Below are positions 22,063 to 33,700 of a stretch of DNA of 64,000 nt, one piece after another. The translations under genes and the position numbers were made by a program. The stretch is from contig JBBQZX010000003.1 in NCBI GenBank assembly GCA_038207335.1, forward strand, positions 217,019-281,018. The letters are read 5' to 3'. Under the pieces are notes generated by a model. It saw only the letters and a program-made list of their open reading frames with translations, did not search any database and had not been told where the DNA came from. The DNA is from Chthoniobacterales bacterium. Its GTDB lineage: Bacteria > Verrucomicrobiota > Verrucomicrobiia > Chthoniobacterales > Chthoniobacteraceae. The stretch's first letter is position 1. The number at the start of each line of letters is the position of its first letter.

Positions 22063-25050
22063 ATGCGCCCCATTTTCTCGATGATCCTACTGGCTGCTGT
22101 GCTGCCGCTGTCGGCGCGAGCGGGGAAGGTGAGTTTTAATCGGGATGTGCGGCCGATCTTGTCGAACAATTGCTTTTTCTGCCACGGGCCGGATGAGAAG
22201 AAGCGCGAGGCAAAGCTGAGGCTGGATGTCCGCGAGAGCGCGCTGGCGGATCACGAGGGGGAGCGGGCGATTGTGCCGGGGAAGCCTGAGGAGAGCGCGG
22301 TGATGGAGCGGTTGCTGACTCACGACAAGGAGGAGATGATGCCGCCTTTCAAGAGCAAGCGGCCACCGGTGACGACGGCTCAGGTGGAGACGCTGCGGCA
22401 GTGGATTGCCGAGGGCGCGGAGTACGAGGCGCACTGGGCTTTTCTCCCGATCGCGGATGCCGCGCCGCCGGAGGTGCGGGATGCGGGGTGGGTGAAGAAT
22501 GGGGTGGATCGTTTCATCCTGGCGCGGCTGGAGGGGGAGGAGATCACGCCTTCGCCGGCGGCGGATGCGGGGACGCTTTGCCGGAGGATGTATCTCGATG
22601 TGACGGGACTGCTGCCGACGCCGGATGAGGTCGCGACTTTCACAAAAGCAATGTCGGCGGATCGCGATGCGGCGGTGTCGGCGCTGGCGGACAGGCTGCT
22701 GGCGAGCCCGCACTATGGGGAGCGTTGGGGCCGGCACTGGCTGGATCAGGCGCGGTATGCGGACTCGAATGGCTACACGATCGACTCGGCGCGGGCGATG
22801 TGGCCGTTTCGGGACTGGGTGATCGAGGCGCTGAATGAGGACATGCCTTTCGAAAAATTCACGGTGGAGCAGCTCGCGGGGGATTTGCTGCCGAAGCCGA
22901 CGAAGAGCGATTTGATCGCGACCGCGTTTCACCGAAATACGACGATCAATGAGGAGGGTGGGTCGGATAAGGAGCAGTTCCGCAATGAGGCGGTGGTGGA
23001 TCGCACGAATACGACGGCGACGGTGTGGCTGGGGCTGACGGTGGGGTGCGCGCAGTGCCACTCGCATAAGTTCGATCCGATCTCGCACCGCGAGTATTAT
23101 GAGATGTTCGCGTTCTTCAACTCGGGGACGGATGTGAACAACAAGGGGGCTACCATCGAGGTGGCGCGCGGGGAGGTGTTTGGGCATCCGGTCGCGAAGA
23201 AGGCGGAGCCGCGGCCTGCGGATGCCGGTGAAATCAAGGCTCAGCAGGAATGGGAGCGCGCGGAGCTGGCGCGGGCGACGACGCCGCAGGGAGAGGTGAA
23301 GTGGTCGCCGGCGGCTTACGTGGAGTATGACACGGCGACGGGCGCGGGCTTTCAACTGCTGCCGGATAACTCGCTGCTGGCAGACGGACGCGGGGCTTTC
23401 AATGACACGTATCGCGTGGTGGCGAAGACGGAGCTGAAGCAGGTGGCGGCTGTGCGGCTGCGGGTGCTGACGCATGAGTCGCTGCCGAAGAATGGGCCGG
23501 GGACGGCGAGCAATGGGAATTTTGTGCTGACGGATTTCGAGGCGAGCGCGGGGGGGGAGGATCGGGCGTTTGCGCGGGCTTTTGCGGATCATGAGCAGGC
23601 GACGTATCCAGTGTCGGCGGCGATCGATGACAAGCCGAAGAGCGGGTGGGCGATCAATGTGGGGAAGGGCGAGAAGGCGAAAATGAACGCGGATCACGAG
23701 GCGGTGTTCATCTTCGAGAAGGCGGTGCCGGGCGGGCAGCCGATCGAGTTCAAGATGCACCACGATCTCAATGAGAAATATCTCATCGGGCGGTTCGCGC
23801 TGGAGTTTTCGGAGATGGCGCCGAGTGGGGATGGGGCGCTGGTGACAGCGCTGAAAGTGCCTCCGGCAAAGCGTTCGGAGGCGGAGGCAAGGATTGTGAG
23901 GGAGGCGTTCGAGCGGACGAAGCCGCAGCCGGCGAAGGAGACGGTGGATGCGAAGCGGGATTTCGCGGAGCTGATGGTGATGAAGGAGACGGATGAGCCG
24001 CGGGTGACGTTCGTGCATCTGCGCGGAGACTTTTTGCGGAACGACGAGAAGACGGGGCACCTGAATCCGGGGGGGCTGAGTGCGGTCGCGCCGCCACTGC
24101 CGGCGGCGGCTGGGAGGACGCGACTGGACCTCGCAAAGTGGATCGTGGATCCGGCGAATCCGCTGACGGCGCGGGTCGCTGTGAATCGGATTTGGGCGAA
24201 GTATTTCGGGCGGGGGATCGTGGAGACGGATGAGGACTTCGGCGCGCAGGGGTCGGCGCCGACGCACCCGGAGTTGCTGGACTGGCTGGCGCGGGAGTTC
24301 GTGCGCGGCGGGTGGTCGATGAAGGCGATGCACCGGCTGATCGTGACTTCGGCGGCGTATCAGCAGAGCTCGGCGGCGCGGCCGGACTTGGCGGAAAAGG
24401 ACCCGCGCAATTTGCTGCTCGCGCGGCAGGAGCGGCTGCGTTTCGACGCGGAGATCGTGCGGGATGCGGCGCTTTCGGCGAGCGGGTTGCTCGCGCCGGA
24501 GGTCGGTGGGCCGAGTGTGCATCCGCCGCAGGCGGAGGGGGTGTATGCTTTCACTCAGGATAAGAAGAAGTGGACGGCGGACACGGGCCCGGATCGCTTC
24601 CGCCGCGCGCTCTACACGACCTTTTACCGCGCCGCGCCGTATCCGCTTTTCACGACGTTCGACGCGCCGGATTTCCAGACGACCTGCACGCGCCGCGCCC
24701 GGTCGGACACGCCGCTGCAGGCGCTGACGGTGGCGAATGACCCGGCATTTCTGGAGCTCGCGCAGGGGCTTGCAGCGCGACTTTTGCGCGAATCTCCGGC
24801 AGGCACGGAGGCTCAGCTCCGGCGCGCCTTTGTGCTGTGCCTCTCGCGCGAGCCGAGCGCGAAGGAGTTGCAAATCTTCCGCGACTACTTCGACCGGCAA
24901 GCGGCGATGTTCGCCGAAGATGCAGACTCCGCCGCCGCGCTGCTTTCCCCCGATCTGAAAGGGAGCGGAACGCCGGCAAACGCTGCTGCCGCGTTGGTCT
25001 GCGCCGCTCGCGCGTTGCTGAATACGGACGTGTTCATCAGCCGGGAATAG
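22063..25050 (+). CDS. planctomycete cytochrome c / DUF1549-DUF1553 (PSD1) protein
   Basis: FNRDVRPILSNNCFFCHGPD, YGERWGRHWLD, CAQCHSHKFDP, PTHPELLDWLA, TPLQAL. Confidence 0.9.
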   Translation: MRPIFSMILLAAVLPLSARAGKVSFNRDVRPILSNNCFFCHGPDEKKREAKLRLDVRESALADHEGERAIVPGKPEESAVMERLLTHDKEEMMPPFKSKRPPVTTAQVETLRQWIAEGAEYEAHWAFLPIADAAPPEVRDAGWVKNGVDRFILARLEGEEITPSPAADAGTLCRRMYLDVTGLLPTPDEVATFTKAMSADRDAAVSALADRLLASPHYGERWGRHWLDQARYADSNGYTIDSARAMWPFRDWVIEALNEDMPFEKFTVEQLAGDLLPKPTKSDLIATAFHRNTTINEEGGSDKEQFRNEAVVDRTNTTATVWLGLTVGCAQCHSHKFDPISHREYYEMFAFFNSGTDVNNKGATIEVARGEVFGHPVAKKAEPRPADAGEIKAQQEWERAELARATTPQGEVKWSPAAYVEYDTATGAGFQLLPDNSLLADGRGAFNDTYRVVAKTELKQVAAVRLRVLTHESLPKNGPGTASNGNFVLTDFEASAGGEDRAFARAFADHEQATYPVSAAIDDKPKSGWAINVGKGEKAKMNADHEAVFIFEKAVPGGQPIEFKMHHDLNEKYLIGRFALEFSEMAPSGDGALVTALKVPPAKRSEAEARIVREAFERTKPQPAKETVDAKRDFAELMVMKETDEPRVTFVHLRGDFLRNDEKTGHLNPGGLSAVAPPLPAAAGRTRLDLAKWIVDPANPLTARVAVNRIWAKYFGRGIVETDEDFGAQGSAPTHPELLDWLAREFVRGGWSMKAMHRLIVTSAAYQQSSAARPDLAEKDPRNLLLARQERLRFDAEIVRDAALSASGLLAPEVGGPSVHPPQAEGVYAFTQDKKKWTADTGPDRFRRALYTTFYRAAPYPLFTTFDAPDFQTTCTRRARSDTPLQALTVANDPAFLELAQGLAARLLRESPAGTEAQLRRAFVLCLSREPSAKELQIFRDYFDRQAAMFAEDADSAAALLSPDLKGSGTPANAAAALVCAARALLNTDVFISRE

Positions 25051-25080
25051 GGCGTCGTTGGGTGCGGGAGGGGGGAACTT

Positions 25081-25782
25081 TTACCGCAGCGCAAAGGCAG
25101 GGCGGTCGATGGGGGTGATGAGCTGGCTGACGGGGCCGATGTGGGTGCATTGACCACGGTCGAGGACGAGGAGATGGTCGCAGAGGACGGCGATTTCGTC
25201 GAGGTGGTGGCTGACGTAGAGGATGGGGATGCCGAAGGCGGTGCGGAGGCGCTGGAGGTATGGGAGGATGCGGTCCTTGAGCGCGCGGTCGAGGCTGGCG
25301 AGGGGTTCGTCGAGGAGCAGGAGTGCGGGCGAGGCGAGGATGGCGCGGGCGATGGCGATGCGCTGCTTTTCACCGCCGCTGAGGGCGTGGATGGGGTGGT
25401 CGAGAAGGGGGTGGAGGTCGAGCGTACCGGTGACGGCGGGGAGTGTGAGAGTGGTGGGAGATGAGGATGAGCGGCGGGCACCGTAGAGAAGATTGGCGCG
25501 GACGCTGAGGTGGGGGAAGAGGGCGGCGTCCTGGGGGACGTATCCGATGGCGCGGCGATGGGCAGGGATGTAGATGCGGCGCGCGGGGTTGTCGAGGAGC
25601 CGCGTGGCGAAGGTGACGGTGCCGGAGGCGGGGCGGCGGAGGCCGGCGATGATCTCAAGGAGGGTAGTCTTGCCAGCGCCGGAGGGGCCGAAGATGCCGG
25701 TGACGGGGCCGGGGAGGGTAGCGCTGAGACCGAGTGTGAAGTCGGGAAGGGGCAGTCGGATGTCGCGGAGCTCGAGGATCAT
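25081..25782 (-). CDS. modC: molybdate ABC transporter ATP-binding protein
   Basis: GPSGAGKT, LSGGEKQR, LLLDEP, YVSH; overlaps modB. Confidence 0.88.
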   Translation of the reverse strand: MILELRDIRLPLPDFTLGLSATLPGPVTGIFGPSGAGKTTLLEIIAGLRRPASGTVTFATRLLDNPARRIYIPAHRRAIGYVPQDAALFPHLSVRANLLYGARRSSSSPTTLTLPAVTGTLDLHPLLDHPIHALSGGEKQRIAIARAILASPALLLLDEPLASLDRALKDRILPYLQRLRTAFGIPILYVSHHLDEIAVLCDHLLVLDRGQCTHIGPVSQLITPIDRPAFALR

Positions 25783-26450
25783 GGTCGGCGCGATCTTATG
25801 AAGAACTCGCTGGCCCAGACGGCAAGGAAGGCGATGCCGAGCGAGATGGCGAGGAGGTGAAGGGCTGCGGCGTCGCGCCCGAGCTGGATGAGGCTGTAGA
25901 TGGCGAGGGCGATGGTGGAGGTGTGGCCGGGGATATTGCCGGCTATGAGGATGGTGGCTCCGAATTCGCCGAGCGCGCGGGCGAAGGCGAGGAGCGCGCC
26001 TGCGAGGATGCCGCGGCGGGCGAGCGGGAGCGTGATGGTGGCAAAGACGCGCCAGGGGGATGCTCCGAGAGTGAGGGCGATCTGCTCGAGGCGCGATGGC
26101 ACCTCAGCGAAGGCGACGCGGGCGGTGCGGACGAGGAGGGGAAAAGACATGACGGCGGCGGCGAGGACGACGGCGCGAGGGGTGAAGATGATCTCGATGC
26201 CGAGGGTGCCTGTGAGGAATGCCCCGAGCGGGCCGTGGCGGCCGAAGAGGCGCAGCAGGATGAGACCGGTGGCGACGGGGGGGATGACAAGAGGAAGAGC
26301 CACGGCGGTTTCGACGATGGATTTGCCTGGCCAATCGCGCCGGGCAAGCAACCAGGCGAGGGCGATACCGGGCGGGAGGATGAAGAGGGTGGAGAGGGCG
26401 GCGGCGCGGAGCGTCAGGACGATGATGGGCCAGTCGCCGTGGTCAATCAT
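25779..26450 (-). CDS. modB: molybdate ABC transporter permease
   Basis: LPLVIPPVATG, FPLLVR, FARALGEFGAT; start MIDHGDWP at 26450. Confidence 0.9.
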   Translation of the reverse strand: MIDHGDWPIIVLTLRAAALSTLFILPPGIALAWLLARRDWPGKSIVETAVALPLVIPPVATGLILLRLFGRHGPLGAFLTGTLGIEIIFTPRAVVLAAAVMSFPLLVRTARVAFAEVPSRLEQIALTLGASPWRVFATITLPLARRGILAGALLAFARALGEFGATILIAGNIPGHTSTIALAIYSLIQLGRDAAALHLLAISLGIAFLAVWASEFFIRSRRP

Positions 26451-27199
26451 GGGCGAACGCTGAAACCGCGGTTTTTGAAGGCGGCCTTTGCTTCCTTCGT
26501 ACCGAGGAAGTCGATGAAACGTCGCGCCGAAGCAGCGTGGGGAGCGTCGCTGAGAAGCGCGACGGGGTAGGAGATGCGCGGGGAATCGGCTGCGGGAATG
26601 TCGAAGGCGACTCGGACGCGTGCGGAGATGGCCGCGTCGGTCTTGTAGATGATCGCGGCGTCGGCATTGCCAGCATCGACGACGGCGAGAGCGGCGCGGA
26701 CGTTTTCGCACGGGACGATGCGGGGCGCGAGGGTCTCCCAGAGGCCGGCCTTTTCGAGATACTTGCGGGCGTAGATGCCCGCGGGGACGGTATCGGGCTG
26801 TGCGATGGCGATCTTGCTGATGCCGGCCGCGGTCAGGTCTTTTGGAGCGGTGATCGCGAGCGAACTGGCGTTCTCGACGACGATGACGAGGGAATTGGAG
26901 AGAATGCTGGCGCGTGTGCCGGGGACGAGAAGGCCGCTTTTCTCGAGCTGGTCCATCTTTTCCTCGTCGGCGGAGAAGAAGAGATCGAGCGGAGCGCCGG
27001 CCTGGATCTGACGTGCAAGCGTGCTGGATGCCGCGAAGTCGAAGAGAGGCTTGTCTCCCGTGGACTGTTCGAAGGCCGTTCCGATTTCCTGAAGGACTTC
27101 GGTAAGGCTCGCGGCAGCGGCGATGCGGACTTCGTCGCCGACGACATTGCCGACGAAAAGCGCAAGCAGCAATAGGATGCGGAGCAGGGAGAGCTTCAT
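26447..27199 (-). CDS. modA: molybdate ABC transporter substrate-binding protein
   Basis: Signal peptide; AAASLT, FAASSTLARQI, VPAGIYA, ENVRAAL, YKTDA. Confidence 0.92.
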   Translation of the reverse strand: MKLSLLRILLLLALFVGNVVGDEVRIAAAASLTEVLQEIGTAFEQSTGDKPLFDFAASSTLARQIQAGAPLDLFFSADEEKMDQLEKSGLLVPGTRASILSNSLVIVVENASSLAITAPKDLTAAGISKIAIAQPDTVPAGIYARKYLEKAGLWETLAPRIVPCENVRAALAVVDAGNADAAIIYKTDAAISARVRVAFDIPAADSPRISYPVALLSDAPHAASARRFIDFLGTKEAKAAFKNRGFSVRP

Positions 27200-27404
27200 C
27201 GTTGCGACAAAGCGCGACGATGCGAAGCGTGACATGGCTTTGCAAGCAGGCAGGGGATGCAGCGGTTCCGATTTCATCCGACCTGCCAATTCGTCGGCTC
27301 TGGCATTCGGATTCGCCCTTGGCGATTGACGCGATGCGGGGCGTTCTTTCTAAGGTACGCTTCTCCCCGCGGACTTTTGCACGCCACGACTCGCGACATT
27401 TCCC

Positions 27405-29987
27405 ATGAAAAAAATCTCCCTCCTGCTCCCGATTACCTCCGCTCTCGCACTCGCGCTCCCGTTGCTTGCGGCGGATGATTTTCCACCGATGCCGCCGGCT
27501 GTGGCGGTGTCGCCGGAGGAGGAACTGAAGACGATGCAACTGCCGCCGGGCTACCATCTCGAGCTGGTGCTGAGCGAGCCGGACATCAAAGAGCCGGTGG
27601 TGTGCGCGTTCGATGGGGATGGGCGGATGTTTGTGGCCGAGATGCGGAGCTACATGCAGGACATCGACGGGCACGATGAACTGACGCCGGTGAGCCGCGT
27701 GTCGCTGCACTGGTCGTCGAAGGGCGACGGCGTGCTCGATAAACACACGGTTTTCGCGGACAAGCTCCTGCTCCCGCGGATGATCCTGCCGCTCGACAAA
27801 GGCCGCGTGGTGATCGGCGAAACCAACACGCTCGATCTTTACCTTTACACCGACACGGACGGCGATGGGGTGTCGGATAAAAAGGAACTCTGGTGGGAGG
27901 GCGGCGCGCGCGGCGGAAATCTGGAGCATCAGCCGAGCGGGCTGCTGTGGGCGATCGATAATGGGATTTACACGACTTACAATTCGTTCCGACTGCGGTG
28001 GACGCCGACGGGCGTGCTGCGCGAGCCGTCGGGCAATAACGGCGGGCAGTGGGGGCTCGGGCAGGACAATCACGGGAAGCTGTTCTTCATGAATGCAGGC
28101 GGGGAGCGCGGGCCGCTGAGCTTTCAGGTGCCGGTGGTGTATGGCGCGTTCCGGGCGAAGGGAGAATTTGCGCCGGGTTTCGATGAAGTGTGGCCGCTGG
28201 TCGGGCGCGCGGATGTGCAGGGCGGCACGAGCCGGTTTCGTCCGGCGGACAAGACGCTGAACCATTTCACGGCGACCTCGGGCGCGGAGATTTACCGCGG
28301 CGACCGACTGCCGGAGGAAGTGCGCGGGAACTTGTTTTTCGGCGAGCCGGTGGGGCGTCTCGTGCGGCGCGCGAAGGTGGATGTGGTGGACGGCACCACC
28401 GTGCTGAGCAATCCGTATCAGGCGGAAAAGTCGGAGTTCATCCGCTCGACGGACGCGTGCTTCCGCCCGCTGAACATGACGACCGCGCCGGACGGCACGC
28501 TCTACATCGTCGATATGTATCGCGGGATCATCCAGGAGGGAAATTGGGTCGCGGCGGGGAGCTACCTGCGGAAAGTCGTGCAGCAATACAGCTTCGACAA
28601 AGTCACCGGCCACGGGCGCATCTGGCGGCTCGTGCATGACACGACGAAGCGCGGCCCGCAGCCGCAGATGCTCGAGGAAAAGCCCGCGCAACTCGTGGCG
28701 CACCTCGCGCACCCGAACGGCTGGTGGCGCGATGCGGCGCAGAAACTCCTCATTTTGAAACAGGACAAATCGGTCGTTCCGGCGCTCGTCGAGATGGCCG
28801 GCAAAAATGCGAACTACCTCGCGCGGCTGCACGCGCTCTGGACGCTGGAGGGGCTCGATGCGCTCACGCCCGCGATCGTGCGGACGGCGCTGAAAGACGC
28901 GCATCCGCAAGTGCGCATCGGCGGGGTTCGCGTGAGCGAGTCGTTGTTTAAAAAGGGCGGCGAGGAGCTGATGCCGGATGTCCTCGCGATGGCGAAAGAC
29001 AAGGAGCCCGAGGTGGCGATGCAGACCTTTCTCACGGCGAATCTGCTGAAGTGGAAAGACGCGCCGAGCCTCATAGAATCAACGATCGCGAGCACTCCGG
29101 CGGCGGGCGTGAAGGAAATCGGGGAGATGATTTTGCACCCGCAGGTGCAGCAGACGGCGCAGGTGAAATTCACGCCGGCGGAGAAAAAAACGCTGGCGGC
29201 GGGCGCGGAGATTTACAACACGCTCTGCACGGCCTGCCACGGGCCGGATGGCAAGGGGTTGCCGATGGTCGGCGGCGCGCCGGGCGTGCGGCTCGCGCCC
29301 GCGCTGGCTGGCGCGAAGGACGTGGTCGGGCCGCGCGAGGGGCCGATTTTCGTGCTGTTACACGGGCTCAGCGGCGACATCGACGGAAAGAGATACGAGG
29401 GCCAGATGATCCCGATGGCGACGAACAACGACGTGTGGATCGCCTCGGTGCTGAGCTTCGTGCGCAACAGCTTTGGCAACAGCGCGAGCTTCATCACGCC
29501 GGAGGAAGTCGCGCACTTTCGCACCGCGACAAGAGGCCGCACGCAGCCGTGGACCTACGCCGAACTCCGCGCCGCGCTGCCTCGTGAACTCGACCGCAAA
29601 GGCTGGAAGGTCACCGCCAGCGATCGCCCCGGCGAGACCGGCCTCGCGATCGATGGAAAAGCCGACACGCGCTACACCACCGGCGCCTACCAGAAGCCCG
29701 GGATGTGGCTGCAGATCGAGCTGCCCGCGGCGACGGAAATCAGCGGCATCCTGCTCGACTCCGCAAAGTCCGCGAACGACTACCCGCGCGGCTACACAGT
29801 GCAACTTTCCACCGACGGCAAGGCGTGGAGCCCGCCCGTCGCGATCGGAAAAGGCAGCGGCCCCGTGACGCAAATCGAGTTCGCCCCTGCGACGGCGAAG
29901 TTCATCCGCATCAACCAAACCGGCTCGGTGAACGGCCTCTTCTGGTCGATCCACGAGCTCCAAATCTACGCCTCCTCGAAGCGCTAA
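27405..29987 (+). CDS. PVC-type membrane-bound dehydrogenase-like protein with cytochrome c and F5/8 domain
   Basis: LPPGYHLELVLSEP, GRMFVAEM propeller; HEAT-like repeats; CTACH; discoidin C-terminus (FWSIHEL). Confidence 0.85.
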   Translation: MKKISLLLPITSALALALPLLAADDFPPMPPAVAVSPEEELKTMQLPPGYHLELVLSEPDIKEPVVCAFDGDGRMFVAEMRSYMQDIDGHDELTPVSRVSLHWSSKGDGVLDKHTVFADKLLLPRMILPLDKGRVVIGETNTLDLYLYTDTDGDGVSDKKELWWEGGARGGNLEHQPSGLLWAIDNGIYTTYNSFRLRWTPTGVLREPSGNNGGQWGLGQDNHGKLFFMNAGGERGPLSFQVPVVYGAFRAKGEFAPGFDEVWPLVGRADVQGGTSRFRPADKTLNHFTATSGAEIYRGDRLPEEVRGNLFFGEPVGRLVRRAKVDVVDGTTVLSNPYQAEKSEFIRSTDACFRPLNMTTAPDGTLYIVDMYRGIIQEGNWVAAGSYLRKVVQQYSFDKVTGHGRIWRLVHDTTKRGPQPQMLEEKPAQLVAHLAHPNGWWRDAAQKLLILKQDKSVVPALVEMAGKNANYLARLHALWTLEGLDALTPAIVRTALKDAHPQVRIGGVRVSESLFKKGGEELMPDVLAMAKDKEPEVAMQTFLTANLLKWKDAPSLIESTIASTPAAGVKEIGEMILHPQVQQTAQVKFTPAEKKTLAAGAEIYNTLCTACHGPDGKGLPMVGGAPGVRLAPALAGAKDVVGPREGPIFVLLHGLSGDIDGKRYEGQMIPMATNNDVWIASVLSFVRNSFGNSASFITPEEVAHFRTATRGRTQPWTYAELRAALPRELDRKGWKVTASDRPGETGLAIDGKADTRYTTGAYQKPGMWLQIELPAATEISGILLDSAKSANDYPRGYTVQLSTDGKAWSPPVAIGKGSGPVTQIEFAPATAKFIRINQTGSVNGLFWSIHELQIYASSKR

Positions 29988-30626
29988 ATGCTCACCCTCC
30001 TCGCCTCCCGCGCGGTCGTCTTCGGCCTCGCGTTCCTCTCCTTCGCCTGCCTGCTCGGGCAGTTCTTTGGCCTCTGGACGATGCACCTCTTCGGCTGCTG
30101 GGTGCTGCCTCCCGCCACCGTCGCGCTCGCCACCATCGCCTACCTTTCACGCCACGAACCGCGCGGCATCGCCAGCCCCCACACCTGGATCGTGCAAGGC
30201 GCGCTCGGCGGCATCGTCGCCGCCGTGGCCTACGATTTATTTCGCCTGCCATTCGTGCTCGCGGGCATCCCACTGTTCAAAGTCTTCCCGAAATTCGGCC
30301 AGATGCTCCTCGGTGAAAGTGGCCCCGCCTGGCTCGTCCAAACCCTCGGCTGGGGCTACCATTTCTCCAACGGCGCCGCCCTCGGCATCATGTTCCTCGC
30401 CATGATCCCGCGCGCCCATCCCCGCCTCCTCCTATGGGGCGCCGTCGCCTGGGCGCTGGTCGTCGAATTCACCCTCCTCCTCACCCCCTACGCGAAATTC
30501 TTCGGCCTCCCGCTCGACGCGCGCTTCATCTTCCTCACCCTCACCGCCCACCTCATCTTCGGCATCGTCCTCGGTGCCTGGTGCCGCCGGAAAGTGACAG
30601 TCTTACGTGCGAGCGCGGTGAGATAA
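29988..30626 (+). CDS. integral membrane hypothetical protein
   Basis: About 6 hydrophobic helices; starts immediately after the upstream stop. Confidence 0.7.
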   Translation: MLTLLASRAVVFGLAFLSFACLLGQFFGLWTMHLFGCWVLPPATVALATIAYLSRHEPRGIASPHTWIVQGALGGIVAAVAYDLFRLPFVLAGIPLFKVFPKFGQMLLGESGPAWLVQTLGWGYHFSNGAALGIMFLAMIPRAHPRLLLWGAVAWALVVEFTLLLTPYAKFFGLPLDARFIFLTLTAHLIFGIVLGAWCRRKVTVLRASAVR

Positions 30627-30774
30627 CTCGAAGCTCCTTGGTGAGCCTGCTGACGGCCAAATGCTCAACACTGGCTGCGGCGTTAAGACTTCGTTTCGGC
30701 GAGATGCCGAACCCCATCTGCGAGACGGCTGCGCTACGAGCTCAATTCCTGCGAGTGATCGAAAATGCGAAACG

Positions 30775-33700
30775 CTATTTGCCTGCGCTTGCGGGTGAGA
30801 GCAGGAACGCAACGAGGTCGTTGAAATCTTTTCCCGGGACGGTGGTCTCGAATGTGGGCGGCATGAGCGAAAGCTTGAGCTGCGTTTTGGATTTCACTTT
30901 TTCCAGTGGCACGCTGACGGCTTTTCCGGCTGCGTCGTTGAGCGTGAGAAGCTTCCCCTCCTCGTGCAGCCCGACTCCCGCGAGCGTCTGACCGTCGGTG
31001 GTTTCGACGAGGGTTTGCGCGAATGCGGGGTCGATGTTGCGGTTCGGGTCGAGGATGTCCTCGATCAGCCGCTGCACGCCGCGTGCAGCGACGCCGTCGA
31101 GATTCGGGCCGATGTTGCCGCCCGTGTTTTTGAAGCGATGGCAGACGACGCAGTTCTGTGCGAAAACCTGCGCCCCGTGATTCGCGTCGGGCTGCGCGGT
31201 GCGAAATTCCTCCGTGCGTTTTGCGATTACGCCGTCGAGGCGGGCGTCCTCGGGTGGCAGGTCTTTGGTCAAAGTCGCGGCTCGGTCGCGGAGCGTCTGC
31301 GCGCGTTTGTCGAGCGAGGCGGTGACGGTTTTATTCCTCAGCAACGAGCGCGAGGCGTGTCCAGCCTCGACTGCATCGAGGAGCGCGGCGCAGCTCGTGT
31401 CGTTTTTCGCGAGGCTCGCGGCGATGATGTTCGCGAGTTCGGCGGGCGCGGCGGGCAGGGCGGCGAGCAGAGTTGGGGAGACGTTGCGATTGCCGACGGA
31501 TTGGCCGAGGAGTTCGGCAGCGCGCTTGCGGACAGTCATGCTCGTGTCGTTCAGCGCACCCGCAAGCGCGGCGGGCCCGAGGTCGAGATTTGCGACGGCA
31601 TCGAGAGCGGCGATGCGGATGGCGCTGTTGCGTTTGCGATCCTGAATGATCTGCACGAGCGGATCGAGTTTCGCATCGAGCTTCGCCTCGCGCACGGCTT
31701 CAAGCGCGCGCTTGAGCACGTTTTCATCGGGGCTCGCGAGCGCGTCGATCATCGTGCGCTGCATCCAGACGGTCAGCTCATCCGGCAGTTTCAGTCCGCG
31801 CTGGCGGCTTGCTTTTTCGAGCCCATCGACGATCGCGAGCCGCTGGTCGAGAGGAGCGTCCTTCACTTTTTCCACGGCCTCGAGCAGTGCGGGAAACTGC
31901 TCTGGCGCTAGATTCAGCGCGACGTGCTTCAATATCTCACCGGTGCGCGGCCCCTGAAATTTCGTGTTACTGAGAAACGCGAGGAGGAAGCTGGCGGCAT
32001 CCGACGTGGGCGCGGCGAGCGCGACTTCGGCGAGCTTTTGCGCTGAATCGGAATCGGCAGCGGCGAGTTTCGTCGCTTCGGCGGCACCACCGGGCGCGAG
32101 AAATTGATCCCGCAGCGCCATGCGGACGGTGTGGATGAGCTGGTTGTATTCAGGCGCGGAAGTTTTCCAAGTCTTGAGCAGCGGTTCGATTTGATCGGGG
32201 GATGGATGTCGTCCGATCGCGTCGGCGGCAGCGCGACGCACGAAATAGAAGCTGTCGCCAAGAGCAGTGCGGGCCGTGGCAGCCTCGGCGTCGGACCATT
32301 TTGCACGCTCGCCGAGAATCTTCATGGCAAAGCGTCGCACTACGGAATCGCGGTCGTGCAGCGTTGATTCAAAGACGTCGCCACTTCCCGCGCCGAGACG
32401 CTCGAGCGCCCAGATCGCGTGGACGCGCCTGCGCGCTGCGGCGTCGGAGGAAAGTGGCGGCTGCGCAGGCGCGAGGGCACCGGGCTCCGTAGTCGCGGTG
32501 TCGGGAGCGCCGATCACTTCCAACATCGGCGCGATGGCATCGTGGCCGATGCGATCGACGAGTTCATTCGTCGCAAGTGTGCGGACGATGAAGTTCGCGT
32601 CGGCGAGTTTTTCGACGAGCGCGTTCACGTCGAGTTTCGAGAGGTCTGGAAGCGCCGCAGGCTCACTTTTTTTCTCCCCGACATAGACGACGCGCCAGAT
32701 GCGACCATGCGTGTGATCGCGTCGCGGATCAGCGAGCGGGAATTCGTAGTGGCCGATGATCGGGTTGTAAAAATCGGCGATGTAGAGCGCACCGTCGGGG
32801 CCGAGCTTTACCTGGATGGGGCGAAACCACGGGTCGTCGCACGTCACGAAATCCGGCTGCCGAATAGCCTTCGGAGTCGAGCCGTGCCACTCGAGTTTGT
32901 CGCGGTTCACTTTTTGCGTGACGGGATTTCCGTTGAAAAGGTTGCCACGAAATTCCTCGGGATACGCGTCGTCGGCGTAGTAGGCGATGCCGGCGATGGC
33001 GCTGGAGCCGTGGTCGTCATCGGTGATGCGCGGGGCAAAGCCGAGGCCATCGTGCTGCTTGCCGATGCCCTCGTAGAATGCGCCGCGAAGCAGCATGTAC
33101 ACAGGCTTCGAGTGCGAATCGGCGGTGTAGAAATTGCCGAGCGGATCGACCGTGAGGCCGAAGGGATTCGTCTGCCCATGCGTGTAAATTTCAAACTGCG
33201 AACCGTCCGGTCGGAAGCGGTAGGTGTTGCCGCTATCGAGTACGGTCACACGTCCGGCGCGGTCGGTGATCTCGCTGTGATTTCGAAAGCCGTGAGTGCC
33301 GTAAATCCAGCCGTCGATCCAATAGAGGAAGCTGGAGGTGCCGCCGTGCGTGTCCACGTATCCGGCGGTGCCGTAGAGCAGTTCGCGCTTTTCGGCCACG
33401 CCATCGCCGTCCCAGTCGGTGAGCAGGTAGATATTTGGGATCGAATAAACGATCGCGCTGTCGCCTTTCGGTTGTTCCTGGATGTGCTGATCGCCGGCCG
33501 GCGCGGGCTTTGGCTCCGCGGGATTCGGATCTGGCGTGTAGGCGCCGGCAAAGACTTTTGCGACGGCCACGGAGCCGCGCGGGAGAGGCTGGATGCCTGT
33601 CGGGATGTTCAGACCTTCGGCGAAAATGCTGATGCTTTTTGCGAGGCCATCCGCTCCGAAGTCGCTGAGGATGCGGACGGAATCGCGCGCGACATTCGAC

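Noticed and set aside
22087..24900. 937-aa Arg/Pro/His-rich antisense ORF and similar ones (e.g. 1229-2896, 18455-20269)
   Set aside because: Shadow frames of GC-rich genes with recognisable products on the other strand.
25779..28910. 1043-aa minus-strand ORF
   Set aside because: Only the last 223 aa (modB) look real; the rest is an off-frame or antisense shadow of modA and the 27405 gene.
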